Shown: positions 17,885-26,837, counted from the first letter of the stretch. The stretch: DNA of 29,693 bases from Candidatus Omnitrophota bacterium (GCA_043797665.1 JAZDPL010000081.1:1-29693); one strand, 5' to 3'. Notes: generated from the sequence alone by a model not told the origin. Program-made: numbers and translations.

Positions 17885-20218
17885 ATGGAACATTCCGGTT
17901 CTTCTCAGTGGTTGAACGTAATCGAGTGCGGGGCTTCGGGGTCGGGTTTTGAAACCACTGTTGCGACCACAGCAGGTTCACGGCAGATAACAACCTTGAA
18001 CGTGGGAGATTTCAGGCCCGGCCAGGACGTGGTCCTTTCCAAGTGTTGTTATTACCAGAAAATGCTGTGCTGCATCCAGGGAGCCTGTCAAAACGTGACC
18101 TGGTCCAAAGAGCTCGGCGACAGGGCGGAGCTCCGCGGATATGACGGCAGACAGGGGGATTGGCTCACGATTTTTCTCGACATGCCGGAAGGCGATTCCG
18201 CCGTGTTCCGCTGGTCGGAAGATTTCGGTCGCACATGGCATCCCGTCATTCCGATCACCGGCGACTGGCAGTCTCTGCGCGACGGGATGGAGGTGCGCTT
18301 CAACACCTATGACTGGGAGAACGGATATACCGTTTTATTCAGCCTGCGCAGCTACCTGGCGACGACCATCGAAGCGATCGAAGAGAACAAGATCACGCTG
18401 AGGGATGCTCCGATGCGCTCGACAAGAGACTCCGTTATGGGCCACCGCGATGACGATGCGCTTCAGGCGGTGATCGACCGCGCAATCAGGGAAAAGAAGC
18501 ATGTCTGCTTTCCGGTGGGGCACTACCGGTTGATGCACGGCCTTTTCGTAAACGATGCAAGCGGCATCACAATCGAGGGTGCCAGCGGCGTCGACACGGT
18601 CTTCGATATCAGACAGGGCGAAGGGGCCTGCCTGACGCTGACCAACGGCACCGAGGTCAACATCCGCAACTTCAGGATGGTCGGCCATTCCGGTTACGAC
18701 AAGCGCGATTGCTGCGGCAATATCCCCCTGCTCGGCGCCTGGTATATCTGGGGCTTTTTTGCCAACTGGTGCGCCGGCGTGGGCGTTCACGGGACGGAGA
18801 GGGTACTGCTCGAGAACTGTCACGGAACCGGGATGTCCCACGAATGTTTCTACTCGCGGGGCCCGCACCGCCAGGGCGCGGAGGAGCCCGAACATTACAC
18901 GAAAGACCTCACTTTCCTGCGGTGTTCGGTTGTCGATTCCGCCCGAAACGCCTTCAACAACAACGACCGGGCTGAAAACACGAGCGTGCTCTACTGCCGG
19001 ATCGTGGACGTGGGCGGCTGTTCATGGGAGGGCGCGTCCCGTTTCGTCAGGTTCATCGGCAACTACGTGCGCAACGCCGGTCCTGTGGCTATGGGCAACA
19101 TCTACGGGCGGGAGGCCGACCTCGAGAAATATCAATCCGGTCAGCACATCGTGGCCGACAATGTGTTTGAGGGACGGCTCTCCTACGGCGGTTACGTCAT
19201 CGGCGCGTCAGCCGGCGCGGCGCAAATCATCATCCGCAACAACCTGTTCGTCAACTACAACTCCTCGGCTGTCCAAATCATGGGGACCGGCAGCGACAGG
19301 GACCTGCCTGCGGCCAACGCAACGGTTACCGGAAACATCTTCGACATGACCAATGTCGGAGAGGAGTCCATGCCCCGCACGGCGATTCATGTCGCGGCGC
19401 CGGACATGCTGGTCAGCGATAATCAGATCTATGTCCGGAACGGACAGAACCCGGACGTGACGGCGATCCGGGTCACGGAACCGGCCCTGAACGCGAACAT
19501 TCACGACAACCTGATCCGGAATTGCGGAGCAGGCATCGTGACCGCGGCTCCCCAGTCCAATGTGGGTGAGATCTTTGACCCGCAGACCTTCTCGCACGCC
19601 GGCGGTTTGAAGGAGTTCCGGGAATGGTGCTGCCCTGCGAAGGTTATCGCGAGGGTCACGGTCGCGGTTCCTTACGAACGGCGGCAGTCGCACCGGTACC
19701 GCGGCTGGACGATGGTTCCGCTGCGTGACGGCCGGCCCGCGGGCACGCTGGTGATCGAGGATTTCGACCCGGAGACGCTGCGGTTCAAACTGCGCGAACC
19801 CCACGGCATGGAATCCGGCCAGGCCTTCGAGGTCATCGTTCCGGCGGCCAACTGGAATATCCATGACAATACAATCGACGGCTGCCTGAAACCGGTCCGG
19901 TTGGTCAGCTATGGCAGTCCGACATCCCTCTTTAGGAATAACCTGATTACGCGCGGCGCGGCGGCAGGCGTGATGGAAGCCGTCGTAGTGAGCGGCGTTT
20001 TCACTCTGGCCGGCAACACCATCGCCGGTTTTGACGAGCCCGGCTCGGCGGCGCTGGTTCTCTTTCCCGACCGCTTCGACAAAGCGCCTCGAAACGTATA
20101 CCGCGGAAACGTTTTTGAACAGTGTTCCTGCGCGGTCAGAGAATCCGGGAGCAGACTATGGGAATCCGCCCGTTCCGAGGCGAACCTCTTCATTGAATGC
20201 AAACAAGAGGTCGGATAA
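17885..20218 (+). CDS. Right-handed parallel beta-helix protein (pectate-lyase-fold)
   Basis: Start reassigned to ATG 17885 (SD GGAGG at 17875-17879). DDALQAVIDRA..VCFPVGHYRL plus repeated IxxNxF/I coils (IVADNVF, IIRNNLF, VTGNIF, IHDNLI). No signal peptide is visible. Confidence 0.8.
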   Translation: MEHSGSSQWLNVIECGASGSGFETTVATTAGSRQITTLNVGDFRPGQDVVLSKCCYYQKMLCCIQGACQNVTWSKELGDRAELRGYDGRQGDWLTIFLDMPEGDSAVFRWSEDFGRTWHPVIPITGDWQSLRDGMEVRFNTYDWENGYTVLFSLRSYLATTIEAIEENKITLRDAPMRSTRDSVMGHRDDDALQAVIDRAIREKKHVCFPVGHYRLMHGLFVNDASGITIEGASGVDTVFDIRQGEGACLTLTNGTEVNIRNFRMVGHSGYDKRDCCGNIPLLGAWYIWGFFANWCAGVGVHGTERVLLENCHGTGMSHECFYSRGPHRQGAEEPEHYTKDLTFLRCSVVDSARNAFNNNDRAENTSVLYCRIVDVGGCSWEGASRFVRFIGNYVRNAGPVAMGNIYGREADLEKYQSGQHIVADNVFEGRLSYGGYVIGASAGAAQIIIRNNLFVNYNSSAVQIMGTGSDRDLPAANATVTGNIFDMTNVGEESMPRTAIHVAAPDMLVSDNQIYVRNGQNPDVTAIRVTEPALNANIHDNLIRNCGAGIVTAAPQSNVGEIFDPQTFSHAGGLKEFREWCCPAKVIARVTVAVPYERRQSHRYRGWTMVPLRDGRPAGTLVIEDFDPETLRFKLREPHGMESGQAFEVIVPAANWNIHDNTIDGCLKPVRLVSYGSPTSLFRNNLITRGAAAGVMEAVVVSGVFTLAGNTIAGFDEPGSAALVLFPDRFDKAPRNVYRGNVFEQCSCAVRESGSRLWESARSEANLFIECKQEVG

Positions 20219-20283
20219 GCCCTTGCTGTATCCTGGGCCCGGCACCGCATCATGGGAATAAAATAAATTTGGAAGAAGCAAGC

Positions 20284-23223
20284 GTGAAACGCCTTGATTC
20301 GATACCCTTTGACCCGGGCAGAATGCCGCCGCAGCCCGAGGAAAAGACCTGGGCATTTATCGAAGATCTGCGGAGCAGGCATTATCATCAGAAAATCATA
20401 TGGACCCGGCGGGAAAAAAAGCCGGGCGAGATATCTTTTCCGGGCAGCATCCGCCTGGACCACCGCTTCGACGATCCGCGCGGGCTGCTCGATACGGCCA
20501 TCGCGGATTTCCGCTGTTTTCTGGGCACGGTGGGCCTTGGGAGCAATGAAGGTTATCCGCTTGTGACATGCCGACGCAGGACTTCGCTCCGCGAGGAGTA
20601 CCGTATCAGCATTAGTAACGAGCGCTGCGAGCTCGGCGCGGATGACACCGAAGGCATCCGTCGCGGCCTTGTATGGATCGAAGACGAAATGCTGCGTCGA
20701 GGCGGGACCTTCCTGCCTGTCGGCGACTTCACCCGCACACCGGTCATTCGCACGCGAATTTCCCGCTGTTTCTACGGGCCGGTCAACCGTCCGCCGAAAA
20801 GCAAGGATGAACTCGCGGACGATGTGGATTATTACCCCGAGGAATATCTGAACCGGCTTGCGCATGAAGGCATCAACGGGCTGTGGCTGACCCTGCATTT
20901 TTTCCAGACTGTGCCGTCCAGGATCATTCCCGAATACGGCAGGAACGCCGGGCCGCGCCTGGAAAAACTTCGGAGCGTGGTGCAGAAATGCGGGCGCTAC
21001 GGCATCAAGATCTATCCATTCTGCATTGAACCCGCGGCGTTCAACTGGCCCAGCAGGGAGGTGGCTGCAGCCGCGGCGGCCCACCCGGAGCTCAAGGGGC
21101 ATAATGATGCCTTCTGCACCAGCACCGAGAAGGGGCAGGCTTATCTCGAAGAGGCCACTCGCACCCTTTTTACCGAGGTGCCGGGTCTCGGAGGCTTGAT
21201 GGTCATTCCGGTGGGCGAACGCTTCACGCACTGTTATTCCGGCGTGATCCCGCACGACGGCCCTCCCTTCTCGAACACCTGTCCGCGTTGTTCCAAACGC
21301 ATGCCCTGGGACGTACTGGCGGATATCCTCGCCGGCCTGGCGCGCGGGATGCAGGCCATCGACCCTGAGGCGGAACTGATCGCCTGGCCTTACGGACAGA
21401 GCGTGTGCTGGGGAGCGGAAAATACCGTGAAGTCGGCCGGGCATATGCCCGGAAACGTGATTCTTCAGCACAACTTTGAAACAGGCGGCAGGAACGTTCA
21501 GCTCGGAAAGGGGCGTCCGACCTGGGATTACTGGCTCTCGTACGTCGGGCCCAGCGACCTTTTCCGGGATTGCGCCGGGGCTGCGATACGGTGCGGCACG
21601 CGCGTCTCTGCAAAACTGCAGGTCAGCTGTTCCCATGAAGTGGCCACCACGCAGGTCGTGCCGGTGCCGGGCATCCTTTACAAGAAATACCGGCGCATGC
21701 ATCAAATGGGGGTCAGTTCCGCCATGCATTCATGGTACTTCGGCGCCTATCCTTCGCTTATGACCCGGGCTGCGGGAATGCTCTCCTTCGCGCCTTTCCC
21801 TGCCAGGGAGCGCGACTTTCTCCTTTCGCTCGCACGGCGGGATTGGGGCAGGCATGCCGTCGACGTCGTGAAGGCCTGGCAGTGCTTCCAGAAGGGATAT
21901 TCCCAGTATCCGACAGCCCACATCTTCGGCTACTTCGGACCCGCGCATGACGGCCCGGTGTGGCCGCTCCATCTTGTGCCGCGCCGCCTGCCGCTCGCGC
22001 CGACCTGGCAGATCGGGTACCCGCCTTCCGGGGATTACATCGCGGAATGCATTACGAACGGGTTCACGCTCAGGGAAACACTCATACTCTGCCGGCGGAT
22101 GGCTGAGCACTGGAACAGGGGCGTCGGAATATTGAAAAAGCTCAAACCCTGTTTCAAGGCAGAGCCCGACCGGATAAAGGATATCGGTATCGCCGCGGCG
22201 CTGGGGCTTCAGTTCCAGAGTACCTGCAACATACTGGAGTTCTATTCCCTGCGGGAGTCCCTGGCCGAAACACGTCTGCCCGCCGGACGGCGCCGGCTTC
22301 TGAAAACCATGAAGGAGATTGTCCGCGCGGAACTGGAAATCGACGAAGCATTACTGCCTCTGGCGCGCGCCGATTCGCGGCTGGGGTTTCATTCCGAGGC
22401 CGAGGGGTACAAATACTTTCCGGACCTGATCCGCTGGCGGATGAAGCAGTTACGCCATTTGTTGAAAGAGGAGTTTCCGGCTGTTGAACGCCGGACGGGA
22501 AAAAACGAACCGCTTTTCCCTGATTACACCGGTGAAAAACCGTCCGGCCCGGTGTATGCCTGCAGGTTTCTGCAAAAAGCCCCGTCCTTCGGCAGGAAAC
22601 CTGCGGGCGTGTGGGACGAACTGCCGCAGGCTGAATGCATCCACTGGCTTCAGCAGGAGTTCAACCACGAACGCTGGAAAAAGTGCGGATATGACGGGTA
22701 CGACCATCTCCCGGTGCCCGATGAGGAGAAACAGGGCCGCCGGGTATTCTGGAAAGCCGGTTATGACAGCCAGGCGCTTTATGTCTCCCTCCTGTGCCGG
22801 GCCGGAAAGGATGAGGCATATCCGGCAGGCGCTTTCAGGGAAAACGAGTTGCAGGTTTTTATCGAACCGCGGCGGACGCTGCCCAGGGTCATCTTTTCCC
22901 TCAGCCCTGATGGTTCTGCGCGGTGTATAAAGGACGACGGGTATATTCCGCGAAACGACAACCCCTGGAGTGTTTCTTCGCGCCTCGATGAGAACGGCTG
23001 GTCCGTGCGGCTCAGGGTTCCGTTCAAATGGCTCGGATCAGGCGGGCCTGGAACGAAGCGGAAGCCGGGCCGGTTCAATGTGGTGTGGAACTGCTCCCGT
23101 GAGGGGAAACCGGGCAGGAAGTCCTGTTCCTGGGTAAAAACAGAGCCGGTCAAAGGCAGGCTTGTGTGGAACTATCTGAATCCTGCCACGGATTTCGGCT
23201 GGTTGTTCTTTGAAAAAACATAA
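20284..23223 (+). CDS. Uncharacterised glycoside-hydrolase-like protein (GH20-domain-2-like N-terminus, barrel core, degenerate CBM9-like C-terminus)
   Basis: EEYRISIS...GADDTEGIRRGLVWIED...PVIRTR, then YPEEYLNRLAHEGINGLWL, then C-terminal YDSQALYVS...WSVRLRVPF..RFNV. The start is uncertain (ATG 20197, TTG 20269 or GTG 20284). Confidence 0.65.
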   Translation: MKRLDSIPFDPGRMPPQPEEKTWAFIEDLRSRHYHQKIIWTRREKKPGEISFPGSIRLDHRFDDPRGLLDTAIADFRCFLGTVGLGSNEGYPLVTCRRRTSLREEYRISISNERCELGADDTEGIRRGLVWIEDEMLRRGGTFLPVGDFTRTPVIRTRISRCFYGPVNRPPKSKDELADDVDYYPEEYLNRLAHEGINGLWLTLHFFQTVPSRIIPEYGRNAGPRLEKLRSVVQKCGRYGIKIYPFCIEPAAFNWPSREVAAAAAAHPELKGHNDAFCTSTEKGQAYLEEATRTLFTEVPGLGGLMVIPVGERFTHCYSGVIPHDGPPFSNTCPRCSKRMPWDVLADILAGLARGMQAIDPEAELIAWPYGQSVCWGAENTVKSAGHMPGNVILQHNFETGGRNVQLGKGRPTWDYWLSYVGPSDLFRDCAGAAIRCGTRVSAKLQVSCSHEVATTQVVPVPGILYKKYRRMHQMGVSSAMHSWYFGAYPSLMTRAAGMLSFAPFPARERDFLLSLARRDWGRHAVDVVKAWQCFQKGYSQYPTAHIFGYFGPAHDGPVWPLHLVPRRLPLAPTWQIGYPPSGDYIAECITNGFTLRETLILCRRMAEHWNRGVGILKKLKPCFKAEPDRIKDIGIAAALGLQFQSTCNILEFYSLRESLAETRLPAGRRRLLKTMKEIVRAELEIDEALLPLARADSRLGFHSEAEGYKYFPDLIRWRMKQLRHLLKEEFPAVERRTGKNEPLFPDYTGEKPSGPVYACRFLQKAPSFGRKPAGVWDELPQAECIHWLQQEFNHERWKKCGYDGYDHLPVPDEEKQGRRVFWKAGYDSQALYVSLLCRAGKDEAYPAGAFRENELQVFIEPRRTLPRVIFSLSPDGSARCIKDDGYIPRNDNPWSVSSRLDENGWSVRLRVPFKWLGSGGPGTKRKPGRFNVVWNCSREGKPGRKSCSWVKTEPVKGRLVWNYLNPATDFGWLFFEKT

Positions 23224-23254
23224 TGGCCTATTATGTAGGCATAGGATATAATAA

Positions 23255-24352
23255 ATGAAGATGACACAACGTGAACGTTTGTTGGCGCCCTTCAAGGGAA
23301 TCGTGCCGGATCACCCATGTTGGACGGCGGACCTCACCTATTGGCACGGTGCAGCGGCCGCGCGCGGAAGGCTGGAAGAACGCTACCGCACAACCGCCGG
23401 GTTCAAGCAGATGCATCTGGATCTGGGTCTCTGTTATTACTACAACTACGGTGAATCGCCCCTCAAGTCTCTCGACCCAGAAACGGAATGCGGCATCGAG
23501 GAGAAAAATGGAGTGCGGCGGCGCTGGTGGCGTACGCCTGCGGGTACGCTGACCGAACGATGGCGGTTTCTGCCGGAATCCTACTGCTGGGCCCCCGAGG
23601 AATACGCCGTCAAAGAACCTTCCGATTTTGCCGCGCTGCGTTTTGTCTTCGCGCAGCGGCGTTATGAGCCGAACTATGAAACCTTCATACAACGCGATGA
23701 ATTCGTTGGTGAATCAGGTGTCCCCTTGACGGCCATGCCGCGCAGTCCCCTCCCGGCATTGCTGACCGATTGGTGCGGTGTCGAAAAAACCATCTACTTC
23801 CTGGTCGACATTCCCGACCTTGTCGCGGAGACGTTGAGCTGTATAGACCGGTCCAACGATGCTGCCGTTGAAATTCTCCTGGGCAGTCCGGCGGTCCTGT
23901 TCCATTTCTGCGATAATCTCGACAGCAGCGCTTCGACGCCGTTCTTTAAGGACTACATGCGGGAATATTATCAGCACCGCCTGGCGCAGGTCCACCAGGC
24001 AGGCAAATATGGCGTCGTTCATCTGGACGGACGGGTACGCGGCCTGATCGGCAAGCTGGCCGGCTGCGGGTTCGACGGTATTGAAGCGATCACGCCGGCT
24101 CCGGTCGGTGATGTGAGCATCGAGGAAACGCGTGCGCTGGCCGACAATGACCGGGTGGTGTTGTGGGGCGGCGTGCCCGGCGCCATGTTTGTGCCCCCAT
24201 GGCGGAAATCCGACGTGTGCGAACAGACGCGTCGCGTCGTGAAAGCCTGGGGCGGAACCGGGAAGGTGATCGTCGGAAGCGCAGATCAGGTGCCGCCGGA
24301 CGGCTGTCTGGAATTTTGCCGGGCGATCGCCGAAACGGTCGAAAGCCTGTAG
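23255..24352 (+). CDS. Uroporphyrinogen-decarboxylase/MtaA-CmuA-superfamily (URO-D/CIMS-like) protein
   Basis: MTQRERLLA, WRTPAGTL, CDNLDS, VVHLDG, DGIEAITPAPVGD, VLWGGVP and IVGSADQVPP follow the URO-D-like barrel pattern. Confidence 0.8.
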   Translation: MKMTQRERLLAPFKGIVPDHPCWTADLTYWHGAAAARGRLEERYRTTAGFKQMHLDLGLCYYYNYGESPLKSLDPETECGIEEKNGVRRRWWRTPAGTLTERWRFLPESYCWAPEEYAVKEPSDFAALRFVFAQRRYEPNYETFIQRDEFVGESGVPLTAMPRSPLPALLTDWCGVEKTIYFLVDIPDLVAETLSCIDRSNDAAVEILLGSPAVLFHFCDNLDSSASTPFFKDYMREYYQHRLAQVHQAGKYGVVHLDGRVRGLIGKLAGCGFDGIEAITPAPVGDVSIEETRALADNDRVVLWGGVPGAMFVPPWRKSDVCEQTRRVVKAWGGTGKVIVGSADQVPPDGCLEFCRAIAETVESL

Positions 24353-24422
24353 AACCCTATGTATATCACGGCGAGTTCAACGACCGCCGCAAACGGGTAC
24401 TCATTAAAATCATAGGTGACGC

Positions 24423-25247
24423 ATGAAAATGAGAGAGCGGTTCTGGCTTTGGGGACAAGATGCCGGAAGCCATCACGGGGCGGCCGGCAATGCCACCTGG
24501 AAACTGCCGGGAACAAACCGTATGGACCCGGCGGAAGGGGCGGCCTATTTTGGAATCAAAAACATGTGCCGGGTAGTGATGTGCGGAAAACCGGAACCGC
24601 CGTTCGATAATGAATCCGCCAAACTTGTTTCCATGGATCAGGTGGTGTGGTCGGCCATCGGCGACAGCGGTTCCACTCGTAATAACGATAATGAGAGCGA
24701 TCTGGATGAAGTTTTGCGGCAGGCCGGGAAATTTCCCAATATCACCGGCGCTGTCCTGGACGATTTCTTTGTGGCCAGAAGAACCCCGGGCGCCTCATAC
24801 GGTCGGCACTCTGTGGAGAGCATCGCGAAGATGCGTGACCGGCTGCACCGTTTTCCAAAACGACCGCTGGACCTCTGGGTAGTCTGGTATAAACGCCAAT
24901 TGGGTTTTGAGATAGATGACTACTTGAATCTGTTTGATGTAATCACCTACTGGAATATGCGTGCCTGCTCGGAGTATGCCCAGATTGATGACGATATCGC
25001 CCGGGTCGTGCGCCGGACTCCGGGCAAGCGGCGGCTGGCCGGATGTTACATGTGGAATTACGGTGAGGGCAAGCCCCTGACAATCAAAGAAATTCAGGAC
25101 CAGTGCGAAAAATACCATACCTGGATCAAAAAGGGATACATCGAAGGCATCGTCTTCGTCTCAAATTGCATTGCGGATCTCGGTCTGGAGGCGGTGGAAT
25201 GGACCAGGAATTGGATAGGGGAAATCGGCAACGAAGAGACGCCGTAG
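24423..25247 (+). CDS. Hypothetical protein, possible small TIM-barrel enzyme
   Basis: Open 274-codon frame in operon context with alternating beta/alpha segments (ITGAVLDDFF, LWVVWY, DVITYW, LAGCY, EGIVF). Confidence 0.7.
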   Translation: MKMRERFWLWGQDAGSHHGAAGNATWKLPGTNRMDPAEGAAYFGIKNMCRVVMCGKPEPPFDNESAKLVSMDQVVWSAIGDSGSTRNNDNESDLDEVLRQAGKFPNITGAVLDDFFVARRTPGASYGRHSVESIAKMRDRLHRFPKRPLDLWVVWYKRQLGFEIDDYLNLFDVITYWNMRACSEYAQIDDDIARVVRRTPGKRRLAGCYMWNYGEGKPLTIKEIQDQCEKYHTWIKKGYIEGIVFVSNCIADLGLEAVEWTRNWIGEIGNEETP

Positions 25248-25298
25248 GCGACGAATTTCGAAACAAAATGAGATTATCCAGTCAAAAGAGGGGGAAAT

Positions 25299-26459
25299 AT
25301 GCCTACACACAAAGAAACGGTTATCACGAATGCAGAATTCAAATCCAGAATCAGTAATCTTCAATCCATACTTGCCAATGAGGAACCGGATGCCCTGCTG
25401 GTTTTTTCCACCGAATCCGAACCGGCGGGAGTAAGGTATTTTTCAGATTACTGGCCAAGTTTTGAAACCGCCGGAGTGTTGGTGCCGAAAAACGGAGCGC
25501 CCGCGCTTCTTATCGGCCCGGAAAGTATGGCTTTTGCAAAGGGCAGGTCAAAAATAGAAAACATCATAAGGATAAAGGATTTCAGGGAATCTTCGCAACC
25601 GGATTATCCCGGCTCAAAATTAATTTCGTGGCCGGAATTATTTAATAATTTCAAAGTAAAAAAACTTGGGATAGCAGGATGGCACATGTTCCCCCATACC
25701 ATTTTTAAAAATATAGCCGCCGCACTAACGGATAAAAATGTATACTGCGCAGACGAAATTGTAAGAAAGGTTACCCTGAAAAAAAGTCCGGCTGAACTGG
25801 ATTGTCTGAGAAAAGCCGCAAAAATTTCAGAGCTGGGCTTTAAGGCGGTTTTAGAAAACATAAAATCCGGAATGACGGAAGCTCAACTTGCCGGAATTGC
25901 CGCAGGAGAAATGATGAAGAACGGAGCGGAATCCACGGGATATCCGATCTGGTGCTGCAGCGGACCTAACTCAACCCAGGCTATCAGCCGCCCCAGTCAC
26001 CGGCAGGTGAAAGAAGGCGAGATTATTCATTTCAGTATTGGCGCGAAAGTTTCCGGATACAGCGCCAGCATAGGCCGTCCTGTTGTGTTGGGACATTGCC
26101 CGGAAGAAACACTCAAATTCCTGCAGGTTGGTTTAGATGCGGAAAACATGACCATTGATTTGATGCGCGCCGATACTCACGCGGCCAGGGTTGCGGAAAA
26201 AGTGCACGGGTTTATCCGGGAAAAAGGTTACGGCAATACAATTCTTTACGGTCCCGCACACGGATGCGGGCAAATGGAATGCGAGTTTCCGTTTCTGGAA
26301 ACATCTTCGGAATTCACGTTGGAAACAGGAATGGTTTTTATGGCAGATATTTTTCTGGCAAACCAGGAGATGGGTTTCAGATGGGAAGACGGAGTTATCA
26401 TCACCTCCGGCAAACCGGAAGAACTTTCAACCTATAAAAGGGAAATGAACATATTATGA
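25299..26459 (+). CDS. M24-family (creatinase/Xaa-Pro peptidase fold) hydrolase with altered metal ligands
   Basis: Creatinase-type N-terminus (RISNLQSIL..DALLV..VRYFSDY), KSPAELDCLRKAA, HGCG, GMVF and RWED. SD GAGGGG lies upstream. Confidence 0.88.
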   Translation: MPTHKETVITNAEFKSRISNLQSILANEEPDALLVFSTESEPAGVRYFSDYWPSFETAGVLVPKNGAPALLIGPESMAFAKGRSKIENIIRIKDFRESSQPDYPGSKLISWPELFNNFKVKKLGIAGWHMFPHTIFKNIAAALTDKNVYCADEIVRKVTLKKSPAELDCLRKAAKISELGFKAVLENIKSGMTEAQLAGIAAGEMMKNGAESTGYPIWCCSGPNSTQAISRPSHRQVKEGEIIHFSIGAKVSGYSASIGRPVVLGHCPEETLKFLQVGLDAENMTIDLMRADTHAARVAEKVHGFIREKGYGNTILYGPAHGCGQMECEFPFLETSSEFTLETGMVFMADIFLANQEMGFRWEDGVIITSGKPEELSTYKREMNIL

Positions 26460-26562
26460 TTCACTACTGCCCGGTTAAAGATTGAATAATAGCAACTGTT
26501 TCGGGCTTTCAGTATCTATAGGTATTTTGTAATTGTGTTGAGAAAGCAAGTATTCCGCCCCC

Positions 26563-26591
26563 TTGACGTTCTTTCCCTTCTGAGGTATAAT
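26563..26591 (+). promoter_or_regulatory. Sigma70 promoter, duplicate of the regulator 2 promoter
   Basis: TTGACG (26563-26568), N17 spacer, TATAAT (26586-26591). Positions 26580-26698 are identical to 6616-6734. Confidence 0.8.
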
Positions 26592-26623
26592 AGTGTTATA
26601 CAATGTAAGTCAATATATGGCGT

Positions 26624-26785
26624 ATGGCTAAAATTAACCCCAAAAGTGCAATACCCCTGCCCCTTCAGATTAAAGAAGACATCCGGACACGGATAATCGC
26701 CGGGCAGAGGGAATTCAAGAAAAGCAAGACGGTCGTAATCCCGACAAAATTAGTTATCCGTCAGTCCTGCGGATTACAGAAATGA
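26624..26785 (+). pseudogene. Internally deleted duplicate of regulator 2 (53-codon in-frame remnant)
   Basis: Translates MAKINPKSAIPLPLQIKEDIRTRIIAGQREFKKSKTVVIPTKLVIRQSCGLQK*. This is the first and last parts of 6660-7775 joined at CCGGGCAGA, with 954 nt missing. Confidence 0.92.
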
Positions 26786-26791
26786 ATTTAT

Positions 26792-26821
26792 TGTCACTCT
26801 GAGGGAATCCCGAAGAATCTC
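26792..26821. repeat. Left half of the REP-like element (copy 3)
   Basis: TGTCACTCTGAG-N7-CGAAGAATCTC matches the left arm of copies 1 and 2 and directly precedes the pilin 3 SD (AAAGGAGG). Confidence 0.7.
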
Positions 26822-26837
26822 ATAAAGGAGGAACCTT

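Noticed and set aside
19909..21729. 606-aa minus-strand ORF, and similar ones such as 14758-15990, 13243-13983, 16614-17417 and 28207-29094
   Set aside because: These are antisense shadows of well-supported plus-strand genes in GC-rich DNA and have no recognisable motifs.
23255..24352. Gene symbol hemE
   Set aside because: The N-terminal RQAGR motif of true uroporphyrinogen decarboxylases is absent, and there is no tetrapyrrole gene context.
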